A stretch of 64,000 nt of DNA, from contig OX337239.1 in the NCBI GenBank assembly GCA_946965045.2, positions 2,480,001 to 2,544,000 on the forward strand, written 5' to 3'. The position numbers and the translations under genes were made by a program. The notes below the pieces were generated by a model. The model was given only the letters and a program-made list of their open reading frames with translations. It searched no databases and was not told where the DNA came from. This DNA comes from Epithemia pelagica (Eukaryota > Protista > Bacillariophyta). Positions 18,748 to 30,500 of this stretch are shown here, piece after piece. Numbering within the stretch: the stretch's first letter is position 1; each line of letters starts with the position of its first letter.

Positions 18748-20139
18748 ATGGCTCAACCTCCAGAAAGCGCACCGGTGAAAAGCAATCGGAGAGGATCCAT
18801 GCAGTCACTCAAGAGTAGCAGTGGACACGCATCCAGTCCTCGCCACAAAAATCGCCGCATGTCCACCAATTCCATGGACATGAACCGAGCTGGGGTACAA
18901 AAGGCCGATTTATTGAAAACGGTCTTGTCCAAGGACGAAAATCGTGCAACTAGCAGTCCCACCAAATCACGAAGTGGAGCATCCGTGGGTGCCGCCTCGA
19001 AAAAATCCTTGGACAAATCACCACGAAAAGGATCCTCTGCAACGCGTTCACGGGGAGGTTTGGAAAATAGAGACCCCTTGTCTCCCAAACGGAATGGAGC
19101 CTTGTCACCCAAAGCAAGCAAACCCAAAATCAAAGCTTCTTCTCCCATGAAACAAAAACGAAGGTTGTCCTCTTCTTCGGCTGCCACAGAAAATACTCTT
19201 CATACCACCAAAACGGCCAGTCCCAAAAAGAAGGGCAGCAAATCGCCCTTGTCAGGAAGCCGTCATGGAATCGATATGGCTGGAACGATCAAGTCATTGC
19301 CTCGAGATCGTGCCGCAGAACAACGAGGCTTTGTCGAAGAGGATGAATTGAATAATTCCATGCCGAGCCGAGGCTCGGATACGGATTTGAAGGATTCGGA
19401 TAGAGCCAAAATGTCCAAATGGCCCTCTTCAGGTGATTTGGGTGCCATGGTGCAACAACAAAAGGATCATGACAAGGGGAAACATAAAAACTTCAGTAAC
19501 AGCAGCAAGTGTAAATCACCCTCGTCCAGCAAATCCAAACGACGTGGTTCAACGACAAGTACGTCTTCCAAGTCTGGTGACAAACTCAAAAAGAATGGCA
19601 GTAGCCACAGCACCAAGACAAGCATTCCGAAAAAGAAAAAGTCGGAAGCACCCTTGTTTACCGTCGATGAGCTCAGTCCCATCAAGATGGAATCCCCTAA
19701 AGTCGCTGGCTCCGCCAATGATCGCTTTGAAGCTTCCTTTGGTGTCGCCCTCGCCTTTCCGACTTCGTTTCCACCAGCATCGCCCTCCAAAAGTCCTTGC
19801 AAGAAGAAGAAGAAGAGTTCCGCGTCATCCGTGGCCTCTGCACCCATGGAACGAGAAAAGGAAGACGTAGAAGAAGTACAGTTTCAAGATTTCTTCCCCA
19901 AGGCCGCAAGTGGTGGAGGCAGTCGTAGCCCCATTTTGAATGATGACGATGACTTGGGCAAGGGCAAAAAGAATCGGAACGGGAAAACCAGGTACAAGAG
20001 AGGAAAGGTGGGACCCAATCCTACCATCAAGTTGCGAAATATTTTCGGAAAGAAGAAAAACAAGGATTCCCATTTCTATCCAGACGACTCGGAAAACGAC
20101 GAAGGTCATTTGCTGGGGGGAAGCCATTCCTGGGATTGA
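18748..20139 (+). CDS. Hypothetical Ser/Lys-rich disordered protein
   Basis: 463-codon ORF from ATG 18748 with many SP sites and basic K/R clusters; no signal peptide or recognisable domain. Confidence 0.75.
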   Translation: MAQPPESAPVKSNRRGSMQSLKSSSGHASSPRHKNRRMSTNSMDMNRAGVQKADLLKTVLSKDENRATSSPTKSRSGASVGAASKKSLDKSPRKGSSATRSRGGLENRDPLSPKRNGALSPKASKPKIKASSPMKQKRRLSSSSAATENTLHTTKTASPKKKGSKSPLSGSRHGIDMAGTIKSLPRDRAAEQRGFVEEDELNNSMPSRGSDTDLKDSDRAKMSKWPSSGDLGAMVQQQKDHDKGKHKNFSNSSKCKSPSSSKSKRRGSTTSTSSKSGDKLKKNGSSHSTKTSIPKKKKSEAPLFTVDELSPIKMESPKVAGSANDRFEASFGVALAFPTSFPPASPSKSPCKKKKKSSASSVASAPMEREKEDVEEVQFQDFFPKAASGGGSRSPILNDDDDLGKGKKNRNGKTRYKRGKVGPNPTIKLRNIFGKKKNKDSHFYPDDSENDEGHLLGGSHSWD

Positions 20140-21049
20140 AAAGCCAACGACACTATTGAAGAAGGAATCTGCTTCTCCTTTCACAACACTTCACCGATGC
20201 AGAAGCATTCAGTCTTCAAAAATCTCGAAAGGTCATGGGATCGTACACAATCTGGTCCAATTCCCTCCTCTCCGGTTTTCAACAGTAAAAACAAAGGGTT
20301 CAGAAAGGACGGCCAATCCTAATGAAGGTTCTCTAAGTGTGCGTGCGAGACTCATCTGCATTGCATCACTTATGCAATAGCCCTGGATTCCGTCAAACCT
20401 ATGCGACGTCGCTGCGACGATCATTGAGGACCATCGAAAAGATTTTCTCGTGATGGATATGAACGGAAAGTATTGTCTGCTCTCCCATATCCCGGTTAGA
20501 TAGGACGCCCTTCTCATTCTTCCATGGAAAGAAGGATGGGCAACAAGGTTTCAGGAAGCATTCATACCGTGAGCCCCAATTGCTACACCAAAAGCTCACG
20601 ACGATATTCCTCCTAGTTGAACCATAGCTAAATTCATCTTTATGGAAGTATAAAGTGTACGAATAAACGTCGCGTACATTTGCTAGTTTCAGTAGTTAGG
20701 TGCACCGGTGCCTTGTCATTTCCTCTAGAGACCATAGGAATAAAACGAAACAAAGCGAAACAGAAAACATTACGCCGCATGGGCCGGTGTTTTGATGTGT
20801 GTTGATCAACTGTGAATACACGCTGTCTGCATAAACAACCATGCAATATAGTTCGCGTAGAATAGTAACAGGAACATGACAAATTGCGATCGAACCTCAA
20901 TCGATGTGAACGACGTTTTCCAGCGTTCATTGAAGAAATGTAGTGATGGATCCAGTTCTTGTGTTTTGTCACGCGACAAACGACTACTAGGCACCCGCAC
21001 GGATGTCCGATGGCAATCGTTGTTGAGCGATAGACAAGTCTTTGGATAC

Positions 21050-22187
21050 TTAGTCCAGGGCCTTGCATTCGGGGGCATCCAGTCTTCGCATGACCACATT
21101 GTATCGATTATCGTACCAGACGTAGGGGTCATCCAACAGGATTTCAATCGAATCGACGTCAACGTCCCAGCCATATTTGTCAACAGCCCCTTCCCACCAT
21201 TCAGGATCGACGCCGCCCCATTCGGAATCCTCGCTACAAGCAGGCCATCCAACATCCTCTGTCAAATTTCCCGTCAACAGAATGAGAACGAACATGAGCG
21301 CAAGCATAAATTTACCGGGACAACTAGGTCATGCTTGATTCATCGCACGTACCAATGACAATGTACTTTCCAGGCTTCACAATCCGAAGAAGTTCGGAAA
21401 CCCATTTCGCAAACCAATCTTCTTGAAGCTCTTGCATTCGACGTGCAATCTCTTTCACTTCTGGGTCCCGTGATTCACAAATCTCTTCTATCATGTCCTC
21501 CTTTTCCGGGTCCACTAAGGGATCAATGAATCCAGTGTAGGCTAGATCGAACGCATTGGATGGAACAAAGCTGAGATTGGTAGAATCTCCTTGACATAAC
21601 GAGCCCTTGTTGAACCATGGACCTTTCTCTTGCTCCATGATGCGATGAGCTACATGAACGGATTCCGACAAATAGTCGTTCCCATGAACTGTCAAATTGG
21701 TAATGTCGCAGCAGTCTCGTAAAATCTCCAAAGTCATGAACAAGTTCAATCCCTGCCCACATGCACTTTCGTAAATGTGGTCACCACTTTCAAGTATATC
21801 TCCGAACACAGCTTCCTTAAACCTATAGGTTTTTCTTTTCATTTGCGTATACGAGTCCGCGCGCTGATCATATCCGCGTTCACGAAAGTTCTCTGTGTCC
21901 TCAAGATTTTCTTGGCCCATTTCCTTGTAGGTCGTCCAATAATCATCAAAGTCATTCTCTGCCTTCACACCAGAGGCATTTGGACAAGTAAACAACGGAG
22001 ACGCCAATATCGAGGGCGCGTTACAACTGTCCATACGGATATCTTCTTCGGAAAGGCTGCCATCTTGTCCATGTTGTTGTGACAGCTCGACCGTCGTCGA
22101 CTGAACCACCTGAATCAATGCCCAACACAAAACGATCCAGTAGAATCGATGGTCTCGACTGAGCGAGTTTACTTGCGGTGATCTCAT
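21050..22187 (-). CDS. Secreted/luminal class I SAM-dependent methyltransferase, tandem copy 1 (exons 22187-21353 and 21258-21050; 347 aa)
   Basis: Signal/TM peptide FYWIVLCWALIQVVQS; motif I IYESACGQGLNL; HGNDY; CQGDSTNLSFVPSNAFDLAYTG; ELLRIVKPGKYIVI. A 94-nt GTACGT...GACAG intron (21352-21259) joins in frame to EDVGWPAC...WWEGAVDKYGWDVD. Confidence 0.88.
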
Positions 22188-22937
22188 TGTTAAGAGCTTA
22201 TCTTCTTTATATGTAACACCGAAACGGTTCAGAGTTCGACTGACCTGAGTTCAACGAACGGAGAAGCCGGCAGGCCATAGCCCAAATATCCGGTTAGCGA
22301 GTAGCTATGCCATCTAGCTACTCGCTACACTCAGAAGTGGCACCAATTGGTTTTGGTACTCCTAGGCAGCAATCTCTCGGTAGCTAGGATTGAGTAGGTC
22401 TGTTCCCATTCATCTCTTATGTTCCAATATATTGGAATGCGTTTAGTATAATCAATGTCGACTCCAGCTTGGTTGCCATAATAGCATCGTCGACTTGGAA
22501 ATTGGTTCTGGGTCTTGGATTCAGTCTTGGATGATAGCGCATAAACGTAGCGTACATTAGCTACCTAGTTTGAGTAGTCAGGCTTGTCATTTCGTCTAGA
22601 GACCATAGGAATAAAACGAAACAAAGCGAAACAGAAAAGATTACGCCGCATGGGCCAGACTGTTAATGTGTTCATCAAATGTGAATAAACACTGTCAGCT
22701 GAAATCACCGCAGCGTCTACAAGACAACCATGCCAAAATATTTCGCGTAGAATAGTAACAGGAACATGACAAATTGCAATCGAACCTCAATCGATGTGAA
22801 CGATATTTTTTACCGTTTGTTGAAGAAATGTGGTGATGGATCCAGTTATTGTGTCTCTCATGCAACAAACGACTACTAGGCACCCACACGGATTCTGATG
22901 GCAATCTTTGTTGAGCGATAGACAAGTCTTTGGACAC

Positions 22938-24103
22938 TTAGTCCAGGGCCTTGCATTCGGGGCCGTCCAGTCGTCTCATGACCACATTGTATCGATTATC
23001 GTACCAGACGTAGGGGTCATCCAACAGGATTTCAATCGAATCGACGTCAACGTCCCAGCCATATTTGTCAACAGCCCCTTCCCACCATTCAGGATCGACG
23101 CCGCCCCACTCGGAATCCTCGCTACAGGCAGCCCATCCAACATCCTCTGTCAAATTTCCCGTCAACAGAATGAGAACGAACATGAGCGCAAGCACAAATT
23201 ACTGAGACAACTAGGTCATGCTCGATCATCGCACGTACCAATGACAATGTACTTTCCAGGCTTCACAATCCGAAGAAGTTCGGAAACCCATTTCGCAAAC
23301 CAATCTTCTTGAAGCTCCTGCATTCGACGTGCAATCTCTTTCACTTTTGGGTCCCGTGATTCGCAAATCTCTTCTATCATTTCCTCCTTTTCGCGCATCG
23401 AAGCATCAGGAACGTCCATGAGATTGAGTGGGTCCAGTAAGGGATCAATGAAGCCAGTGTAGGCTAGATCGAACGCATTGGATGGAACAAAGCTGAGATT
23501 GGTAGAATCTCCTTGACATAACGAGCCCTTGTTGAACCATGGACCTTTCTCTTGATCCATGATGCGATGAGCTACATGAACGGATTCAGACAAATAGTCG
23601 TTCCCATGAACTGTCAAATTGGTAATGTCGCAGCAGTCTTGTAAAATCTCCAAAGTCATGAACAAATTCAGTCCCTGTCCACATGCACTTTCGTAAATGT
23701 GGTCACCACTTTCAAGTACATCTCCGAACACAGCTTCCTTGAACCTATAGGCCATCTTTTTCATTTTTGTATATGAGTGCGCGCGATAGTCATATCCGCG
23801 TTCACGAAAGTTCTCTGTGTCCTCAAGATTTTCTTGGCCCATTTCCTTGTAGGTCGTCCAATAATCATCAAAGTCATTCTCTGCCGTCACACCAGAGGCA
23901 TTTGGACAAGCAAACAACGGAGACGCGAATATAGAGGACAAGTTGCAACTGTTCACATCGTCTTTGAAAAGGCTGCCATCTTGTCCATGTTGTTGTGACA
24001 GCTCGACAGTCGTCGATTGAACCACCTGAATCAATATCCAACACAAAACGATCCAGTGGAATCGACGGTCTCGATTGAGCCAGTTAACTTGCGGTGATCT
24101 CAT
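22938..24103 (-). CDS. Secreted/luminal class I SAM-dependent methyltransferase, tandem copy 2 (exons 24103-23239 and 23146-22938; 357 aa)
   Basis: Same motifs as copy 1; 92-nt GT-AG intron at 23238-23147; retains LNLMDVPDASMR, which copy 1 lacks. Confidence 0.88.
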
Positions 24104-24656
24104 TGTTTAGAAGATCTTTTCTTGTGTGTAACACCGATGCCTGCTGGAAACATACGGTTCAGAGGTGTCTATCGTAGGTTTACCATCCTCCGATCTGGAT
24201 ATCGAGAGGCGAGACGAGAAAAGAAAAAATGACAAAACATGACCGTTGAGATTTGGTATCTGCGACTGACCGTTGTCCATCTACCTTATCTATGTGGACT
24301 AGAAAGCCCAAGTATACTCTATGGTACTCCTAGTAGGGGGGTGTAGGTGTAGGAGGATGATAGGAGCGAGGATAATAGTGCCATCCCAGAAAGACGACAA
24401 TTGAATAGACAACTTGAGAGTAACCGAAAGATCGTGCAGGAATGCACGAAAGCAAAAGTTGGGAGCAGGTTTGACTTGTCCCATCTCCTATACGACATGC
24501 TCGTTGGCAAAAAATGGCTTATGTATCATGTATAGGAGTTATTTGTCGTTCGTCCACTTGAATCTCCCTCTAAAGACCAAATACGTCATGCGACGAACAT
24601 AAATCTTTGACGATAGGGGGAACATATTTGAGCGGTGTAGCAGTAGTTGTCGTTGT

Positions 24657-26375
24657 TTATGATGGCGTTTTGCCCCATCCCAACGCCGCAAAGATTCGAC
24701 TGGACATGGTGGCGCATAAATCATCTTGATACTTGGTGTAGTTCTCTCCTTCTTCTGCTCGTTGTTTCAATTGTTCGTACCGTTCCATGGTTGGTGGATG
24801 GGTATCCAAGAGTTGAAGGGGCAAGGCTTTGCCGCTGTCCTTACTCGAAGGATGCACTCGAATGACAGCATCTCCACCATTGGGTGACATGGCCACTTTG
24901 GCCTCGTGCATCTTGTACATGACCTCCGACCCCTTTACAGTATTGTAACAAGCTTTGGCCGTAATGGTCAAACCCAACTCATCGGCAGCGCGTTCATTTT
25001 CCCGCGAGTGTGCCGCTGACAAGGCCGATCGCATTGTGGCTAATCCGCCCACAACCAACAAGGACAAGAATCCGGATGTGGGATCCAGGCTCAATAGCAA
25101 CACTTCAACGGTCCGCAACAAAGTTTCCACTTGATTGGTTTGACTCACATGGCCCAGAATTAAATGCGAAATTTCGTGTCCCAAAATCAAGGCCAATTCA
25201 TCGGGTGTGGTGGCAATGTCCAACATGGCGGTCGTAATAAAGAACCTCTGTGGTAAGACCTCGGAAACAAAAGCGTTTGGTTCCTTTGACTGGACAAAGA
25301 CGTATTGCCATGGAACTTGGACCAACTTGGCCCGTCGAAATTGGAAAGGTGACTTTTGTTGAAGCTTGGCTTGTAAACTCGTTTTGGCCGGTGCCGACGA
25401 TGTCGACTGTTCCACAGCATCCGAAGCCAAATTCAAGGCATCTAATACTACACTGGAACTATTGACTTCACCGTACAATCTCAGTGCGGCATGGTACCAA
25501 AATTGCACTTGAGTATCTTGGTTAATGCGTTGGTCCCTCTTTTCCGGGTCCACGTTCGGTGGCAATTTCTCCAGAACCTTTTGAATTGCCTGTTCCAATT
25601 CTTGTTTGACATGAGTCCGTGCGGACGAAACAATGCGATGTCCCACCGCCGCCACTTGATGGTTGCGATGCGGGTTCAAAAAGGAAATGTCCTGTTCCGA
25701 TAAGATATCCACTTGATCCTCCAAACTTACTACACCGTGACCAGCCAGCATGGCCCTCAAAATTTGTTGCTGCAAAGCTTGCGGATGCTTGGAACATTCA
25801 ATGATACCTTGTTGATATCCCAAACCAAAGACTGAAAATACCAGAACAGGAATCCGCAAAGTTCGGACCCACCACGCCAAGCGATGAAAAAAGTTCCATC
25901 CTCCGCTGTTGTTGCTGGTGGCGGCAGCGGCATTGGCAGTTGAGCTCGTGCTGGCGCTTTCCGTAGAAGCTGGAGAACTAGACCAACGACAAAGTACCTT
26001 GTTACGATTCAACAGATCGGAAGTCTTTCTGTTGGACTTGTTGTTCGGTGTCCAAAACACTCCCTGTCGTCCACAAACAGTCCTCGAGGAAGCGAACAAG
26101 GTTTCCCTTGTCGAATATGTCCTCCTAATCGCAAAAATCGTGTTGTTGGCACAACGCCTCTGAAGCTGCGTCAAGTGGGAAGTACCAACATTGCTTCCAT
26201 GAAACAAATGAGCCGCACCAATCCGAGCATTCGGACTCATCATACAAGAGCGCATTGTATGGCTGCTATTCCAACAACACAGGGAATGAGATCCAAGCAA
26301 TGGCTGTCGAAGAAAGGACATCTCAGTAGCGGCTGTACCAAGAAAAGATATTCTTGTTGGATTAGAGTTCATCAT
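24657..26375 (-). CDS. Peptidase M48 (Oma1-like mitochondrial metalloprotease)
   Basis: HExxH in ALILGHEISHLILGH; SRENERAADELG; LDTHPPTMERY; PNAF motif; R/S-rich presequence and one TM helix. Confidence 0.9.
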   Translation of the reverse strand: MMNSNPTRISFLGTAATEMSFLRQPLLGSHSLCCWNSSHTMRSCMMSPNARIGAAHLFHGSNVGTSHLTQLQRRCANNTIFAIRRTYSTRETLFASSRTVCGRQGVFWTPNNKSNRKTSDLLNRNKVLCRWSSSPASTESASTSSTANAAAATSNNSGGWNFFHRLAWWVRTLRIPVLVFSVFGLGYQQGIIECSKHPQALQQQILRAMLAGHGVVSLEDQVDILSEQDISFLNPHRNHQVAAVGHRIVSSARTHVKQELEQAIQKVLEKLPPNVDPEKRDQRINQDTQVQFWYHAALRLYGEVNSSSVVLDALNLASDAVEQSTSSAPAKTSLQAKLQQKSPFQFRRAKLVQVPWQYVFVQSKEPNAFVSEVLPQRFFITTAMLDIATTPDELALILGHEISHLILGHVSQTNQVETLLRTVEVLLLSLDPTSGFLSLLVVGGLATMRSALSAAHSRENERAADELGLTITAKACYNTVKGSEVMYKMHEAKVAMSPNGGDAVIRVHPSSKDSGKALPLQLLDTHPPTMERYEQLKQRAEEGENYTKYQDDLCATMSSRIFAALGWGKTPS

Positions 26376-26743
26376 GGTGGGAGAATGCACATCCGACGCA
26401 CGTCTCGGGGTTCTCGGTGTCGTATGTCATTGAGACGCTTTTGGATCGCGAAGCGATGGAGGCGTGGCTATGCGACTGGATCCACTGTGGGGTTCCTCTA
26501 GCCAAAAGCCGCTCACGGTCAGTCAGTTCGACAATGATAATCAAAGAAACCATTCCGAGAGAAGCGACTTTAGAGCCATATCATGTTCAGTTAGATTGCT
26601 CCACGCCTGTCGCTTAAGCTTGGTTTAGCTTGCATGATTGCTTCGGTTCCCTGTTCTCCAATCAGAATGTGTTGCTCTCCAGATTCCAATTTACGATCCA
26701 GCAGTTCTTGGCCTGATGCAAGGATGAAATCACTCGTCTGTGA

Positions 26744-27006
26744 GGTGCGTTCTTATGGGAGCGTGATATATCATTTTATCACGCCCTCCATGTCACCGTT
26801 CTGTGCGTGATAAGATTTGGTTCTTATCGGGATGATAGGATATCATCATATCATAGGCCCCCAAGCCATGATAAGGATGAATATCATGCGCAGAATTTTG
26901 ACGCATGATATTCATCCTTATCATTTTATCATGCACCCACGTGCGACCACGGGCGGGGCGGAAAATCGTGATAAAATGATATATCACGCTCCCATAAGAA
27001 CGCACC
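26744..27006. mobile_element. MITE, 263 bp, perfect 40-bp terminal inverted repeats, 3-bp TGA target-site duplication (PIF/Harbinger-like inferred)
   Basis: ggtgcgttcttatgggagcgtgatatatcattttatcacg (26744-26783) is the exact reverse complement of 26967-27006; TGA flanks at 26741-26743 and 27007-27009; no coding capacity; internal 23-bp hairpin. Confidence 0.9.
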
Positions 27007-27521
27007 TGAGGAATAACGAACATCATCGGGCTTGGACGATTGACCACGGAAAATCTGAACTACTCCTACTCCTAGAGAAGAGAAAATGTCATCTACTCCT
27101 AGAGCATTCCTACCCATTCCTATTGGCTACCAACCCTATCGAAACTTAGATTTACAGGTGAATTACCCCAATATGGACTCAGGACGGAGAGACAGTCCGA
27201 AGACTGTCATCACATGTTCCATATCTCTCGTTCCGTACGACGGACGAGCCAATCAGGTGACAATGACAGGCCAAGCGTGTGGTTGGCAGCAAGTTCGGCC
27301 GTCTCTCGCGTAGAATTGCTACTGGCATCTACGAGGATGAGTTCCTTCGAAATGTGGCACACGGTCCAAACAAGACGCGCGGGTTCTTGGAAGCAAAAAG
27401 CAAAACTGTCTCGCTCTCTTTACCGCGTTGCCGCTGCAGAGCAATTGTCGGAACGAAGATTCCACTTCGGGTTGCTCACACCTTGTGCATTGCCATATCT
27501 ACATTCCATAACCCAACCCGA

Positions 27522-30500
27522 ATGTCCTCACCCAACGTTGCTATCGTCGTTGGGGAGCCAAAATTGCAACCTTCCACCCAGACCTGTAGTGTCAATCGTG
27601 AAAGCGGTGGTTCCGATGGTGTGGTTGGCAGATTGACGGGGGATGTCATCGTCCAGACAACCAATCCAGAATCGATTGTCAATCACCATGTGGCGAAAGA
27701 GCTAACATCCGGCGAAGTGCGCTCCAATCATCTCATCACTCAAGAAGAAGACGAGGAGGAGGACGACGACGACAAGTCAAAAACCAGAGACGAGGACAAC
27801 GACCATGCCCCGTTTTCGCAATCGCAACGGTTGGACTTGTTTGGCTCGCAAGGCGCATCCTCGCTGTCGTTCTATAATGAGGCAGATGATTCGCAAAAAC
27901 CGTTTGATTCTCAAGTGGCGGTGCATCTCTTGTTAAAGGAGGCCGAGCATGACATGTCCAAGAATCGTTCCACGCACAACCAATCCATCAACAACAATGA
28001 CCAACCCGCTTCAGAGCCACTGAAACCTCAGGTGGACAAAAATGGTAAAGCGACGCATGCGTTTCATGTTTCTGATGAAAATAATGGTCAAAGCGCTAGC
28101 GCGAAACCGGACAACGTGACCAGAGAGGGCATCGATGCCAGCATTAGCGAAGAAAAAATCCAAACAGTTGTGGTTGAATGCAAAGTTGGTAAAGTAGCAG
28201 TATCGTCAGATGAAGATGTTTCGTCATTGAAGCGCATCGCGATAACACAAGAGGAAACCAACTGCATTGTACAGGAGGACGATGACCAGGAAGACACTGC
28301 AGATCATCCTGCGGAACACGTGGAATCTCAACCATTATTTTCTTCGCAAGATTTGTTGTTGGGGTCACAGCAAGAAGAATTTGTCGCACTATTGACAAAA
28401 TCAGAGGAAGATGGAGCAGAGTCCCCAAATGAAGTGCCTACGGCTCCGTCTGCCGAACAATGTTTGCCGCAGAATGAAACGACAGAAGAGGATATGGCAG
28501 CAAAGAGCTCCATGCCTCCACCACCTCGACCGGCGGACTTGGCAATCGCAAAGTCCACACCATGTCAAAACAGCTGTCCTACTCCTAGCAACGACAAGGA
28601 GAGCGAATTGAATAATCTCTCTGGAGAAAAGGCAATGCCATTTTCTTCATCAGAAAAGGAAAACATGGCGCTAAAACAGGAGAACAATGAAAAGGACCAT
28701 GAGAGCACAGACGTCTCCAGTCCGAAGAATGTGGTCACAAGTGAAGATAAAAGAGAGGCGTCAACTTCGATTTCGGGTAAGTCTGCCCAGACGAACTCGT
28801 CAAGTTCGGGAGATAAGGACAACGTGAAGAAGGACAAGGAAAGCCCTACCGTAGAGTTTGAAGACACCAGTAGTCGATCGACTGATGAAGATGTGGCTTT
28901 GACAGAGATGGAACGATCAGGTGCGATGACACAGGTGGTCGGTTCGCAGTCCTTGTTGTCTCAAGAGATTGCAATGCACTACACTCCATCCGACTTTGCG
29001 GAGGAAGACGACCATCCAAAAGCTGAACCTAATGATCCTATGACAGCTGAAAAAGCAGGCAATAGCGAGGAAGAAACGGAGAACAAAGAACAAACCGATG
29101 GTCCACGTACACCTGTGCAATCTAGTTGTATTATCAAAGAAGAGGATCAAACGACACCGGCTTCAACTGCCCGCCGATATGGCTTGATTCTTCCCCGTGA
29201 AGGAGACGAGAAGGACACTGAAATTCCGAACGAAAAGAATGAACAAGTCCAATCTGGCGAAGAGGAAAATAGTGATAAGCTGACGGACTGCGACCCCTCC
29301 AAGTCTTCCAATTGCATTCAAGAAGAGGAAAATGAAGTATCCGACGAACGCCCGGATCATACCCAAGAAAACTCGGGTTTTGTTGGTGGGGAAAGCTTGT
29401 CCCAGCAGCTGGATTTGCGTGGATTGTCCCAGGAGCTAACTGGAGTCTCACAAGACACTTTGGCATGGGCAGATGCGCAAATGTCCTCACAAGGAGGAGG
29501 GGTTGCGCCATCTGTGACACCGGTGTGTTCCGCATCGCAGTCCCAAGAATTTTGCCCCGGTGGTCCAACAATAACGGGTCGAGTGTCTGACATCTCCAGC
29601 CAATCATCTGCCTGTCCTGGCCCACTGTTTTTTGGTGGCGGAAATAGCAGCGTGACCAAAGGATTGGAATGTTTATTGCAGGCGGCTGATCAGGTGTCCG
29701 CTGTCGAAGTTAAATTACCTGCCGATGGAAAGAATGAATCGTCCAGTACACCCCGTCGAAATCGCAGTGCTACGACCAAAAGACAAGGCGAAACAAGCGG
29801 TGGTCGAACGAGAAAGAAGGCGAAGACAGAGAACAGCAAAGCGAAGTCAGGCGGCATTAAGAATGAAACAAAGGGGAACTCTCGAAAAAAGGCATCGAAG
29901 GCGACGAATGTTAAAGAAGAGTTTGGAGTCAACTCTCCAAGTCGTCGAACCAGCAAACGTAAGGGAGTCCTTGTTGATAGTGAGATCGGAGAAGGTAAGA
30001 AGAAGAAGGCCAAGTCAAACACGACAGTCACTGCATCATCCTCAACTCAGAAGCCAGACAATGTTCTGGCTCAAGAAGCGGCCGACCTGGCAGCAAGAGT
30101 AATTCACGAAGAACACTTAGGGAAGCAGCTTCTGTTAAGCATGGTGATGGAGCGACAGCCCACTCGAACCCCTCCTGAAACACTGCCCTCTGCAGGGCAT
30201 GAAATGCCAGCGTCTTTTGTCTGGAGTCATTATCCTCCCTTAGAGAAAGTTCTCCGAGATCACATGGAAGAATACTATGAATTATCGTTACAGAAACGAC
30301 AATCGGCTGCACAACAAGCCTTTAACAATGATTTGGTTGATATAGTACGAACGACAGCTCGTAATGACTGGGGTTGGACAGTTCCTTCACTGGACGACAA
30401 GGCATTACGAGATCGGATCCGCTGCTACTACAAAACACATATCCAGAATGCCAAAAAGCGTTTGGCAACCATGTTAAAGAACCCACGAAAGGTTGCCAAC

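Larger units (their letters stand above)
20660..24165. repeat. Tandem segmental duplication (about 20660-22240 and 22540-24165) covering gene, intron and about 400 bp of 3' flank
   Basis: Near-identical stretches, e.g. ctagagaccataggaataaaacgaaacaaagcgaaacagaaaa near 20725 and near 22595, and acggttcagag near 22222 and near 24155. Confidence 0.95.

Noticed and set aside
18748-20139. Silaffin/cingulin-like biosilica protein (K/S-rich)
   Set aside because: No N-terminal signal peptide and no regular KxxK or RxL repeats; looks like a cytosolic or nuclear disordered protein.
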